DNA of 51,469 bases from Parasporobacterium sp. (GCA_017515535.1 JAFWFQ010000031.1:1-51469); one strand, 5' to 3'; counted from the first letter of the stretch, positions 25,576-35,117 are shown. The notes: generated by a model from the sequence alone, not told the origin. Translations and numbers: made by a program.

Positions 25576-28017
25576 TCAAGGCTGTGGTGGTGCTTCACCC
25601 GGAGCACCGCCTTCACCGCCAGGCATTCCGCCCGGAGGCATTTCTCCAGGTGGCATTCCGCCGGGACCGCCGGGGCCGCCCATCATGCCTTGCATTTCCA
25701 TTTCAATATATTTGTCACTGATCGTCATAGTACCGTCTTCCGCAACATCAAGCCATCCGACCAGACCGAATGCAACATCTGTGATCACGGCGCCGCTTGC
25801 AGGTTCCTCCTGTGTTGCGCCGATAATGTAGTAATTCTGTCCTTCAAAGGAGAAGTCAGAGTATTTGCCCATACATTCGTTCCGGTATGTCTGACCGATC
25901 ACCCAGTCTTTGGAATCAACCATTCCGACTGATCCGCCGCTGGTAAGGTCTCCGGCTTCTTTGGATGTTCCGTCGTATTCTTTTCCATCGACATACAGTT
26001 TTGCTCCGTTGGTCAGATTGATCGTTCCGTTATTGACCAGTCCTTTGATATAACAGTCTTCATCTATATTCCAGGTTGCACCTTCTTCCAAGGTCACCAG
26101 GACATTCGCGCCAGCCATGATCTTATTGATCATATGAGAGATGATATAGTACTCGTTCATCGTAAATTCATTGATCTGGATAAACGCTGCTTTTGATTCG
26201 TCAGTCGTTTCTTTTCCGTCTTCGTCCAAAAGAGTGTATTTTACGGTACAAGATTCACCACCATTCGGGGCGATTCCCTCGCCATATTTTTCAGCAAGTT
26301 TGTTCAGGAACTCTACCGCTTCTTTTGAATAAGTAAGACCATGAACCGCTGAAGTGGATGTGATTGCGCCATTCAGGGTGACATCTGTTCCGATATTGAC
26401 CATCAGGCCGCCGGCTGTCGTATCTTTTCCGGTTCCGGAACCATTCAGGATATCGCCGGTATATTCAACCGGAGTTCCGTCAATATCTGTTTCAAGGCTT
26501 AAGGAGGTATTGTATGCACCGCCTTCCTGAGGGTTTACAAAACCGGGCTCATTCGGATCTGAAAATCCAGAAGAAAATGTTGGCATGCCCCAAGCCTCTC
26601 CGTTCCATTTATGGAAACCGGCAGAACCATCAGTATCACCACCTGCACCGGAAGTTCCGTATCCGTCATCATCATCCATCATCTGGAAAATAATCCCGGA
26701 ATTTGGATTCAGTTCTGCACCGGAGATCGTATAGTCTGAGGCCTGTGCGCCACGGACAAGGATGACTGCTTCCTCGGTATTCCATACAGAGCCTTTATCC
26801 AGGATCACTTCTTCTGCGCCCTGATGATCCATAACACCAAATACCGAATTGACAACCGTATCTTTCGCATCTCCTTCATAGGTGAAAACAGCTTCGTCTT
26901 TACCCATGTTCGCAGCGGTAAGCCCGTTTGCAGAAGGACCATAATAAGTCGGGCCGGCACCGGTCAGGATCGTTGCGTAAGTTGTTCCGTCGAAGGTAGT
27001 TCCAAAGAAGTTCTCATAGGAACTACCAATATTGTATGTTCCGTATCCGGAACCGTAATTTCTTTCATATCCGAAGAGGGCAGCGCCTCCGTTCATTGAA
27101 TCTGAACTGTCATTTCCGGTTGGATCTGTTCCGTCATAGTTTGAGATCTTCAAAGTTGAATTGATAACGTTGACGGTCGGAGTAGAGCAGTCGTCTGTGG
27201 AAATGACTGCCCAGGAACCGGATTCAATTGTTGAATCTGCTACGGTAAAGGAACTGTTCGTTCCGAGAACATTGGAAGCTCGTACGCCTCCGTAGATACC
27301 GAGGATCCATGGAGGGGAGAGCATGAATGCCTGAGCAGCGGTGCTTGCATAACCCTCATATGCTTCTGTCAGAGGGTTACTGCCGGCTGTATAGATTTTA
27401 GAATCTGTCATGACTGCATCCGCATAAGCATCAACGATAACACCATCACGGCCGAATCCGTCTGTCTTGATTGAAATGTTCTCCATGTTCAGAGTTGTTT
27501 TTGTATTCTCTCCGCCGGTTGCGGTTACAACAGTTCCAAGTGCAGTAAAGTCATTTGCATTCTTGCCGTCAGAATTGTCGGAAAAAGCAAGCGAGACGTC
27601 TTTCATCTCTACGTTCGTATCCGTATCTGTACCGACAACAGCCAGATAACCGGTGTTGGTTGCTTCCTTGTCATTGATCTCATCTCCGAGCTCTGAGGAA
27701 ACATTGACGTTATTGATCTTAACAATATCCCCATCCGCGATTGCCGTATCTTTCAGGTTTCCGCTGATTTCCGTACCCTTGACCAGGGAACCGAGAATAA
27801 AGCTGCTGCTTACGCCTTTTTCCGCCCATGCAGGAATAATCGATCCTGTATAGGTAACTTCATCATTGGCTGATAATTGAATCATCCCGGTTGTTGTAAA
27901 AGCAGAGCCGGAATCTTCTCCTGGAGATGTATTCCCGCAGGCTGCAAGAGAAAACGCAAGAACGGCTGCAGCCGAAATCGCGAAAATCCGCTTCAGTTGT
28001 TTGTTTCGTGTTTTCAT
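25576..28017 (-). CDS. large surface lipoprotein, possibly beta-helix-like, with Gly/Pro/Met-rich C-terminal tail
   Basis: 813 aa. Signal peptide with lipobox (AFSLAAC), GGGAGGAG RBS, a Gly/Thr/Asn/Asp-rich body, and a tail ending MQGMMGGPGGPGGMPPGEMPPGGMPGGEGGAPGEAPPQP. Confidence 0.8.
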   Translation of the reverse strand: MKTRNKQLKRIFAISAAAVLAFSLAACGNTSPGEDSGSAFTTTGMIQLSANDEVTYTGSIIPAWAEKGVSSSFILGSLVKGTEISGNLKDTAIADGDIVKINNVNVSSELGDEINDKEATNTGYLAVVGTDTDTNVEMKDVSLAFSDNSDGKNANDFTALGTVVTATGGENTKTTLNMENISIKTDGFGRDGVIVDAYADAVMTDSKIYTAGSNPLTEAYEGYASTAAQAFMLSPPWILGIYGGVRASNVLGTNSSFTVADSTIESGSWAVISTDDCSTPTVNVINSTLKISNYDGTDPTGNDSSDSMNGGAALFGYERNYGSGYGTYNIGSSYENFFGTTFDGTTYATILTGAGPTYYGPSANGLTAANMGKDEAVFTYEGDAKDTVVNSVFGVMDHQGAEEVILDKGSVWNTEEAVILVRGAQASDYTISGAELNPNSGIIFQMMDDDDGYGTSGAGGDTDGSAGFHKWNGEAWGMPTFSSGFSDPNEPGFVNPQEGGAYNTSLSLETDIDGTPVEYTGDILNGSGTGKDTTAGGLMVNIGTDVTLNGAITSTSAVHGLTYSKEAVEFLNKLAEKYGEGIAPNGGESCTVKYTLLDEDGKETTDESKAAFIQINEFTMNEYYIISHMINKIMAGANVLVTLEEGATWNIDEDCYIKGLVNNGTINLTNGAKLYVDGKEYDGTSKEAGDLTSGGSVGMVDSKDWVIGQTYRNECMGKYSDFSFEGQNYYIIGATQEEPASGAVITDVAFGLVGWLDVAEDGTMTISDKYIEMEMQGMMGGPGGPGGMPPGEMPPGGMPGGEGGAPGEAPPQP

Positions 28018-28037
28018 AAAAAAACTCCTCCCTGATT

Positions 28038-28057
28038 ATTGTTGAACATTCAACAAT
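28038..28057. promoter_or_regulatory. perfect 9-2-9 palindrome ATTGTTGAA-CA-TTCAACAAT
   Basis: Seen directly. It lies 5 nt upstream (in mRNA sense) of the SD of the 813-aa lipoprotein gene, in the 106-nt gap after the GH36 gene. Confidence 0.4.
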
Positions 28058-28123
28058 TTTAGTTTAAAACAGGAAGGAGGTTTAGACTATCAAGTCTTCA
28101 GTTGTCACCCTACAATCTAAACA

Positions 28124-29752
28124 TTAAACAAGAACACCTTTTTCTTTATTATAGGTCAGCTTTTTCTCATTTTCGTCGAGGATGTAAGTGATCGTGATCA
28201 GATTCCCTTTCCGGCTGATATCTGTAATTTCAGCATCTGTAAGTTTTTGCGCCTCTTTCAGGATCTCATATTTTTCCGCATCATAGGCCCCGACGTTATC
28301 GCTGGTCAGATAAAGGGAGCCGCAGAGGTGATTCAGGATACAGAGCGCCTTGCGCTGTTCTTTCGACAGCTTGATATTGTCATCCCTTAAGAGGAAGACG
28401 TCCGGGTCGCATCGGAAAACGCTTCCGTCCATATGGGCACGGAAGATCGTATTTTGGATCGTAACCTTTGTTGAGATCCTCTCACGATGCATTTTCCGCA
28501 TGTAAAATACATCATCGAAAACCAAGGAAACGTCCGGCCCGATCCGGCAGTAGTCAACCAGATTGAACGCAGATGAGAGCGGAACTCCGCAGCCTAAGAT
28601 CAGTTTGTCTTTTAATATTTCACGAAGCCCCTTCATTCCCGCGCGCATGATCTCAGCGCGGGTATAGGTCCCGTCATGGATCAGGGCAGCGGCATAAAGA
28701 AAGTCCAGCTTAAAGAAATCGAACCCAAGGTCCATAAAGTATATAAGACATCTGCGGATGTATTCCTGAACTTCCGGAAGGCGGATATCAAGAACAACGA
28801 ATCCGCTCCAGTTGCTTCCGGCGAAGAGTTCTTTTCCGTTTTCCTTGTAAAGCCAGTCCGGATGATCTTGAAAGATCCGGCTTTTTGTTTCACAGACAAA
28901 CGGTGCAAGCCAGATCCCGGCTTTCAGCCCTTTCGCATGAATCTTTTCAACGATTTTTTTCAATCCGGCAGGGAATTTATGCGGATCAATATCCATCCAG
29001 TCTCCGACAAACGTTTCATAGCCATCATCGATCTGGAAGAGCTCAAAATGATCGCTGTCAATTCCGTCAAGAGCCGTCTGGATCTTTTCCTCGTTGATAT
29101 TCTGGTAATGCAGATACCAGGATGTATAGCCCCGAAGCTTCGGAGCAGAGCAGGTCCCGTAATTTGCAAAGTATTTCTGAAGGACCTCACGGCAGGTTCC
29201 CTGATAAACAACAAAATCATAAAGACAAAACGTACCATCAACCTTTTTCAGACCGCAGTCGCTTCGGATCGACATGATCTCTTCCAGCTTTTTATAGTGG
29301 ATGATCAGAAACGCATTTTCTTCATTCAGGGACCCGATCAGATCGCAGCTTCCGTCTTTCTTCTTGCGGTAAGAATAGGTAAAACTATGGAAGTTGTCCT
29401 TCTGGTAATCCATAAACCAGGCATCTCCGTAGTTCTCAAAGTGAAAGATATTCCGGAGAAACGCAGGAACTTTTTTGACATCGTGAATATATTCAGAAAG
29501 CATATATTCTTTGGTGTCGGTCCATGACTGGTAACCATTCACAAAGATCAGATCTTCCTGATAGTAGTTGTAGGGGACCTCGAAGGAAGAGGTAACAAGC
29601 GTCAGCGGCTTTTTTGCGTGAAAAGTAATCGTTGTCCGTTCACCGGCTTGGTCAAGGGACAGGAAATAGTCTTCTGTTTCCGGCCCCTTTCCGCGCTTTT
29701 CAATCCCGTCTATCCGGTATCTGATATTGATATCTGATAATTGAATAATCAT
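28124..29752 (-). CDS. GH36-type alpha-galactosidase (short, cytoplasmic form)
   Basis: 542 aa with no signal peptide. TSWYLHYQNI, FQIDDGY, nucleophile region FFKLDFLYAA and acid/base region YCRIGPDVS, similar to the compact Thermotoga GalA-type GH36 as recalled. Confidence 0.8.
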   Translation of the reverse strand: MIIQLSDINIRYRIDGIEKRGKGPETEDYFLSLDQAGERTTITFHAKKPLTLVTSSFEVPYNYYQEDLIFVNGYQSWTDTKEYMLSEYIHDVKKVPAFLRNIFHFENYGDAWFMDYQKDNFHSFTYSYRKKKDGSCDLIGSLNEENAFLIIHYKKLEEIMSIRSDCGLKKVDGTFCLYDFVVYQGTCREVLQKYFANYGTCSAPKLRGYTSWYLHYQNINEEKIQTALDGIDSDHFELFQIDDGYETFVGDWMDIDPHKFPAGLKKIVEKIHAKGLKAGIWLAPFVCETKSRIFQDHPDWLYKENGKELFAGSNWSGFVVLDIRLPEVQEYIRRCLIYFMDLGFDFFKLDFLYAAALIHDGTYTRAEIMRAGMKGLREILKDKLILGCGVPLSSAFNLVDYCRIGPDVSLVFDDVFYMRKMHRERISTKVTIQNTIFRAHMDGSVFRCDPDVFLLRDDNIKLSKEQRKALCILNHLCGSLYLTSDNVGAYDAEKYEILKEAQKLTDAEITDISRKGNLITITYILDENEKKLTYNKEKGVLV

Positions 29753-29754
29753 AT

Positions 29755-31167
29755 TTATTCTTCGATTCCTTCTGCTTTATGTTCATCGGAGATCGTCTTC
29801 ATGACCTTCTTCTCATTGTAGAGACCGAGGATAATTGCGCCGAGGACACAGAAGACGATAGCAACGATTGCAACGATCCGAAGACCGGTGGAAGAAGCAG
29901 TAAGGTCATTGCTGGTAAGATCCTGTGTTGTTCCGAGGACTGCAAGGGAAGTAAATGCGAGCATTGCGATCGACTGTCCGAGTTTCATCGCAAAGGTTCT
30001 TGCTGCAAAGAACATGCCTTCTCGTTTTTCTCCTGTCAGGATCGCATCTTCTTCTGCCACGTCAGCAACGATAGACTGCGGAATAATTCCGAGAAGCGCC
30101 ATCGGGAAAGCGGCAATAATGACGATGATAACACCGAAAACGATTCCCGGGAGCGGAAGAATACCGATCAGAGCGGTGATCAGATATGCAAGCGCAAGAC
30201 CCAGGAAACCGGTAATGACCAGCTTTTTCTTTCCAAACTTCTTGACCAGCTTGGAAACGATCGGATAGAAGCATGCCGAAAGGACCGTCATTGCACCTAG
30301 GAAAACGGTGGTATAGAACTCGTCAAGCTGCATGGAGACTTTGACGAAGAACGGAAGTCCGGTCTGGAATAAGGTGAGTCCGATCCAATACGCGATATCA
30401 GAACCGGCAAATTTCAGGAACTCTCTGTTCTTGAACGTAGCACCAAGACTCTTAAATGCATTAGACTGGCTTGGTACCGCATCAATAAAATCTTTTTCAT
30501 GTAGTTTGAAGGTCGGGATCAGCATGCAGATCAGTGCGATGATCGCGAGCACAATGAACCAGATCCGGTAGCTCCAGCCATATCCGACCATCTTCTGTAA
30601 TGGCCCGGCAAGTACGAACGGAAGATAGGCGATGACCGTTCCGAAGAAATAGGTCAGAGAGATCGCCGTTGAAATATACATTCTGTCCTCCTGCGTTTTT
30701 CCGAACTCGGAGATCAGCGCATTATAAGGAGTACAGTACATTGTCATAAACAAATAGAAGAGGATCAGGAAGACCAGGATCCAGACGATATTGATCGTAC
30801 TGATCGTTTCGACCGGCGCACAGAATACCAGAACGGTAATCACTGCAAACGGGATCGCAGCCCTGCGCATAAACGGTATCCGGCGTCCTTTCGGGTTTTT
30901 GCTCCGGTCAGAGAGAGAAGCAATCCACGGGTCCGTTACCGCGTCAAAAATACGGCAGATAAAAGTGATCAGGCCGAGAACCGTCAGTACTCCGAAAATG
31001 ATCAGTCCGGTCGGAACGTAGAATTTCGCTCCGGCTTCGACTGAACCGGTAGTCGGCAGATAAAACGTGACAAGCCATGTACTGATGATGCCTCCCAGAA
31101 TGGACCAGCCAAGCTGACCTACTGCAAAGGTCCACATCTCCTTTTTTGTTAAGCGTCTGGTATTCAT
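29755..31167 (-). CDS. glycoside-pentoside-hexuronide (GPH):cation symporter, MelB-like MFS
   Basis: 470 aa, 12-TM-like. The N-terminus KKEMWTFAVGQLGWSILGGIISTWLVTFY and DAVTDPWIASLSDR are typical of the GPH family. Confidence 0.85.
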   Translation of the reverse strand: MNTRRLTKKEMWTFAVGQLGWSILGGIISTWLVTFYLPTTGSVEAGAKFYVPTGLIIFGVLTVLGLITFICRIFDAVTDPWIASLSDRSKNPKGRRIPFMRRAAIPFAVITVLVFCAPVETISTINIVWILVFLILFYLFMTMYCTPYNALISEFGKTQEDRMYISTAISLTYFFGTVIAYLPFVLAGPLQKMVGYGWSYRIWFIVLAIIALICMLIPTFKLHEKDFIDAVPSQSNAFKSLGATFKNREFLKFAGSDIAYWIGLTLFQTGLPFFVKVSMQLDEFYTTVFLGAMTVLSACFYPIVSKLVKKFGKKKLVITGFLGLALAYLITALIGILPLPGIVFGVIIVIIAAFPMALLGIIPQSIVADVAEEDAILTGEKREGMFFAARTFAMKLGQSIAMLAFTSLAVLGTTQDLTSNDLTASSTGLRIVAIVAIVFCVLGAIILGLYNEKKVMKTISDEHKAEGIEE

Positions 31168-31207
31168 GATATTTTGTATTCCTTTCTATGAGTAATTGTT
31201 TTAACGA

Positions 31208-31993
31208 TTAGTATTCTTGATATTTGATCAGTTCGTACGAGTCATGCCCGTTATAATACTTCGGATATACACTGGCAGATCCGGTTCCGATCTGGTTTAG
31301 ATCCGAAGCAGAGGCAGCCTGATCCGGGGTCATGGAATAATAATACTCTGTGACCGCAAGCCCGCCGATTGATTCATAGGAAAAATCGGAAAGTTTATAT
31401 TTGATAAACGTCATTTCGTAATGGCCGTCCGGGAAGGAGAGCACAGAATCTACAACAACGAATTCCAGTGTTGTTCCTCCGCCGGCAGGCACCCAGTAAA
31501 GATTGCCGTTACTGTAATATGGTCCGCTATAAAAACTTTCATAAGAATCAGCCGGATACGGGAATGACTGAAGTTCTCCCGCTGTGACAGAATCGCCGAA
31601 GAAACGTTCAAGGACCGAATTAGCGTAATCGAGAGTAATGGATTCATACATGCCATAGGAGATTGCGCCGGCTTCGTTGATCTTTGCGTAAGCGTGAGCG
31701 AAATTGATCAGGAATTCCACGTTATGATCTTTTACATCATACTGCTGAATAAACTGTTCCGCGAAATTGCTTAGGAAGATATTTGCTTCGTACTGCATGT
31801 TTCCTGTTAGAGAAACCGGAGTCCCTTCCGCCTTTGTTTCCGTCTCCGTTTCCTGAATCTCTGTAATAGAAGCCGAATTCCCGCTTGTCTCCGGTTCAGA
31901 CTCCAAGGATATGGTTGCTGGCTCCGCTTGATTCTCCGGTTTGTGTCCGATGCGGATCCCGCATCCGGTTATAAAAAAAAACAGTGCAGGCAA
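31208..31993 (-). CDS. small lipoprotein of unknown function; 5' end disrupted at a T9 tract
   Basis: Track ORF (TTG start) begins MPALFFFITGC. A proper ATG at 32033 encodes MGTFKKLFFTAILFACTVFF in the other frame, joined only if the T9 run (31973-31981) were T8. Confidence 0.6.
   Translation of the reverse strand: MPALFFFITGCGIRIGHKPENQAEPATISLESEPETSGNSASITEIQETETETKAEGTPVSLTGNMQYEANIFLSNFAEQFIQQYDVKDHNVEFLINFAHAYAKINEAGAISYGMYESITLDYANSVLERFFGDSVTAGELQSFPYPADSYESFYSGPYYSNGNLYWVPAGGGTTLEFVVVDSVLSFPDGHYEMTFIKYKLSDFSYESIGGLAVTEYYYSMTPDQAASASDLNQIGTGSASVYPKYYNGHDSYELIKYQEY
31973..31981 (-). repeat. homopolymeric T9 (A9 on plus strand) inside the lipoprotein signal-peptide coding region
   Basis: Counted directly: plus strand shows a at 31973-31981. 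Confidence 0.9.
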
Positions 31994-32210
31994 ATAAAAT
32001 TGCTGTAAAAAAGAGCTTTTTAAAAGTCCCCATAATATACCGTCCCAATCATAATTCTACCCTCGTTGCTATTATAAAGTAGCTTTAAAGTCTGCGCAAG
32101 GAAATAAACCTGTTCTGCCGGAGAAAGACAGTTGTGGTAAAAGCAGAGGGTTTGTACTATAATATAAACTGGTTTTTTATAGGCTTAAGAAAAGGAAAGC
32201 AGAACCGGAC

Positions 32211-33188
32211 ATGGATAAGATTGCGATACTGATTCCCTGCTATAATGAGGCACCTACGATCGGAAAAGTCATTCGTGATTTCCGGGAGTACTTGCCGGAA
32301 GCAACGATATATGTTTATGACAATAATTCCACGGATGGAACGGATGAAATCGCCCGAAAAGAAGGAGCGATTGTTCGATATGAAAAAAAACAGGGAAAAG
32401 GAAATGTTGTGAAACGGATGTTCCGAGAGATCGACGCGGAATGCTATCTGATGGTTGACGGAGACGATACTTATTCTGCTTCTGACGGACCGGCACTCGT
32501 AAGCAGGGTCCTTTATGACGGAGCGGATATGGCAATCGGGGACCGGCTGTCATCAACCTATTTTGAGGAAAATAAAAGGGTCCTGAACAGCTTTGGAAAT
32601 GTGTTGATGCGGAAAGTGATCAACGGGATCTTCCGAAGTGATATCAAGGATATTTTGACCGGATACCGGGCATTCAGTTTTGATTTTGTTAAGACTTTTC
32701 CAATCTCTTCATCGGGATTTGATATTGAGACAGAGATGACGATCCATGCCATCGATAAAAAGCTCCAGATCGACAATGTTGTGATCGATTATAAAGACCG
32801 GAAAGCAGACAGTAAAAGTAAACTGAATCCGGTCAGGGATGGGTTGCGAGCCATCGGGAAAATGCTGTCCCTTTATAAAAACTATAAGCCAACCGGTTTT
32901 TTCGGAATTATTGCGGCAATCCTCTTTATTATCGGAGCAGCTTTCTTTATTCCGATCCTGGTCGAGTTTATACAAACGGGACTGGTCCCTAAGATCCCGA
33001 CGTTGATCGTCTGCGGATTTTTGATCCTGGCAGCAATCATCTCGCTTTTTGTCGGAGTCCTTTTAAGCAATATCGTACATAAGAACCATCAGGATTTTGA
33101 GATCGCAAGGCTTTCCGCTCACGGACGGTATTGTGACCTGTTGGAAAGAAAAGAGAAAAAAAGCCGGACGGGATGGCTGAAGCGATAA
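32211..33188 (+). CDS. GT2 glycosyltransferase with C-terminal TM pair (polyprenyl-phosphate sugar synthase, GtrB/CsbB-like)
   Basis: 325 aa with ILIPCYNE, DNNSTDGT and DGDDTY (DxD), plus two C-terminal TM helices. Confidence 0.85.
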   Translation: MDKIAILIPCYNEAPTIGKVIRDFREYLPEATIYVYDNNSTDGTDEIARKEGAIVRYEKKQGKGNVVKRMFREIDAECYLMVDGDDTYSASDGPALVSRVLYDGADMAIGDRLSSTYFEENKRVLNSFGNVLMRKVINGIFRSDIKDILTGYRAFSFDFVKTFPISSSGFDIETEMTIHAIDKKLQIDNVVIDYKDRKADSKSKLNPVRDGLRAIGKMLSLYKNYKPTGFFGIIAAILFIIGAAFFIPILVEFIQTGLVPKIPTLIVCGFLILAAIISLFVGVLLSNIVHKNHQDFEIARLSAHGRYCDLLERKEKKSRTGWLKR

Positions 33189-33189
33189 G

Positions 33190-34413
33190 ATGAAGATCCT
33201 AGTTGTCTGCCAGCATTACTGGCCGGAAAATTTCAGAATCAATGATATCGTAGAGGGTTTTCTTGAACGCGGCCATCAGGTCGATGTTCTTTGCGGACAA
33301 CCGAATTACCCGGCCGGACAGTTCTTTCCGGGATACGATTCGCACTCTGTGAAAGAGGAAAAACACGGAGATGTTACGGTCTACCGGACCTTTGAGATCA
33401 AACGCGGAAATAATTCCAACCTCCGGATCTTTTTGAATTATATTACTTATCCGATCGCGAGCTGGCTGCGGGTCTTAAAGCTGAAAGAGAACGGGTATGA
33501 GCGTATCTTTATTTATCAGCTTTCGCCTGTTTATATGGCAGCCGCAGGACTCAGGCTCGGGAAGAAAAAAGGGATCGAAACAACAATGTATATTCTGGAT
33601 ATCTGGCCCCAGAATCTTTATTCTGTCCTGAATATCCGGAACCGTTTTCTCCGGAAAATGCTGTACCGGTCCTCAATGAATATTTACAGGAAGCCTGACC
33701 GGCTGATCACAGTCTCGGAAAAAATGAGGCAATATTTCCTTAAGAAGCTGGAGCTTACGGAAGACAGGATCACCTTTGTTCCCCAGTGTCCGGAAAAATT
33801 ATATGAAGAGCGAAGGGAAGATCCTGCACTGAGAGAACGCTTTCAGGGAGGTTTCAATATCGTTTTCACCGGTAATATCTCTCCGGCCCAGAATTTTCCT
33901 CTGATCCTTGAGGCGGCTGCGCGGTTGAAAGAGACCGGATTTCAGGATATTCGTTTTGTGATCGTCGGAGACGGAATGAGCGCAAAAGATGTTAAGGCGG
34001 AGGTCGAGGAAAAGGGACTTTCAGAGATGTTTTTCTTTGAAGGATTTCATCCGATCGAACAGATGCCGTTCTACACGGATATCGCGGATGCATTGATCGC
34101 AACTTTAAAATCCGAAGGAGTTGAGGATTTCTCTATTCCGGCAAAAGTCATGAGCTATATGGCTTCCGGAAAACCGCTGCTCATCGCAATGGAAGGTGAG
34201 ATCAACGAGATCATTGAGAAGGCAGGCTGCGGGCTGACTTCCTCTCCAGAAGATGCGGAAGCGATGTGCCGGAATATCGTTGCTCTATACCGGATGAGCC
34301 CTGAAGACAGAGAAAAAATGGGAGCGAACGCTTTTGCTTACCAGCAGGAAAACTTTGAACGAAATAAGAGTGTGGATAAGATCCTTGAAGTAATTACCGG
34401 AGAGAAGCATTGA
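33190..34413 (+). CDS. GT4 glycosyltransferase (WbuB-like)
   Basis: 407 aa. MKILVVCQHYWPENFRINDIVEGFLERGHQVDVLCGQPNYP is typical of the WbuB-type GT4 N-terminus. Confidence 0.85.
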   Translation: MKILVVCQHYWPENFRINDIVEGFLERGHQVDVLCGQPNYPAGQFFPGYDSHSVKEEKHGDVTVYRTFEIKRGNNSNLRIFLNYITYPIASWLRVLKLKENGYERIFIYQLSPVYMAAAGLRLGKKKGIETTMYILDIWPQNLYSVLNIRNRFLRKMLYRSSMNIYRKPDRLITVSEKMRQYFLKKLELTEDRITFVPQCPEKLYEERREDPALRERFQGGFNIVFTGNISPAQNFPLILEAAARLKETGFQDIRFVIVGDGMSAKDVKAEVEEKGLSEMFFFEGFHPIEQMPFYTDIADALIATLKSEGVEDFSIPAKVMSYMASGKPLLIAMEGEINEIIEKAGCGLTSSPEDAEAMCRNIVALYRMSPEDREKMGANAFAYQQENFERNKSVDKILEVITGEKH

Positions 34414-35117
34414 AAAAACTAGTCATTATTCCGGCTTATAATGAATCCCTGAATCTTCTCCATGTAATCGAAGACCTCAGGGAACATGCGAAAGGCTATG
34501 ATTATATCATAATAAATGACGCGTCAACTGATGCGACAAAGGAAGTCTGTGAAACGAACCGGCTCCATTATCTTGACCTTGCGTCAAATCTCGGAATCGG
34601 CGGAGCAGTCCAGACCGGATATCAGTACGCACTTTATGAGGGCTATGATCTTGCCGTCCAGATTGACGGAGACGGCCAGCATGAAGCCTCGTCGCTCCTT
34701 CAATTAGAAGAGGCATTGCTTTCCGGAGAAAAGCCGGCGGATATGGTGATCGGCTCCCGGTTTATTGATAAAAAAGGATTTCAGTCTACAACGCTGCGCA
34801 GGGCGGCGATCCGCTGGATCTCCTTTCTGATCCGGCTGCTTACCGGAGTCAGGATCACGGATCCGACTTCCGGATTTCGGATGTGCAACCGGAAAGTGAT
34901 TGAATTGTTTGCAAAGAAATATCCCTGGGATTACCCGGAGCCGGAATCGACGACGGGACTGCTTGCCAGAGGCATGAAAGTAATCGAGATCCCGGTTGAG
35001 ATGAAAGAACGGCAGGGGGGAAAATCTTCGATTTCCAATCCGTTCAGTGCGTTTTTCTATATGATCAAAGTCAGTCTCGGCATTTTGATCGAGGTTTTAG
35101 GAGGCTATAAGAAATGA
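34410..35117 (+). CDS. GT2 glycosyltransferase (soluble/peripheral, DPM1-like)
   Basis: 235 aa. The TTG start overlaps the upstream stop (TTGA). Motifs IIPAYNE, INDASTDAT and VQIDGDGQHE. Confidence 0.8.
   Translation: MKKLVIIPAYNESLNLLHVIEDLREHAKGYDYIIINDASTDATKEVCETNRLHYLDLASNLGIGGAVQTGYQYALYEGYDLAVQIDGDGQHEASSLLQLEEALLSGEKPADMVIGSRFIDKKGFQSTTLRRAAIRWISFLIRLLTGVRITDPTSGFRMCNRKVIELFAKKYPWDYPEPESTTGLLARGMKVIEIPVEMKERQGGKSSISNPFSAFFYMIKVSLGILIEVLGGYKK

Noticed and set aside
25173-25932. Plus-strand ORFs 25173-25721 (182 aa) and 25561-25932 (123 aa).
   Set aside because: The first is out of frame with the recognisable MFS remnant and crosses a strong terminator. The second is antisense to the 3' end of the 813-aa lipoprotein gene. 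Neither has motifs or an SD.
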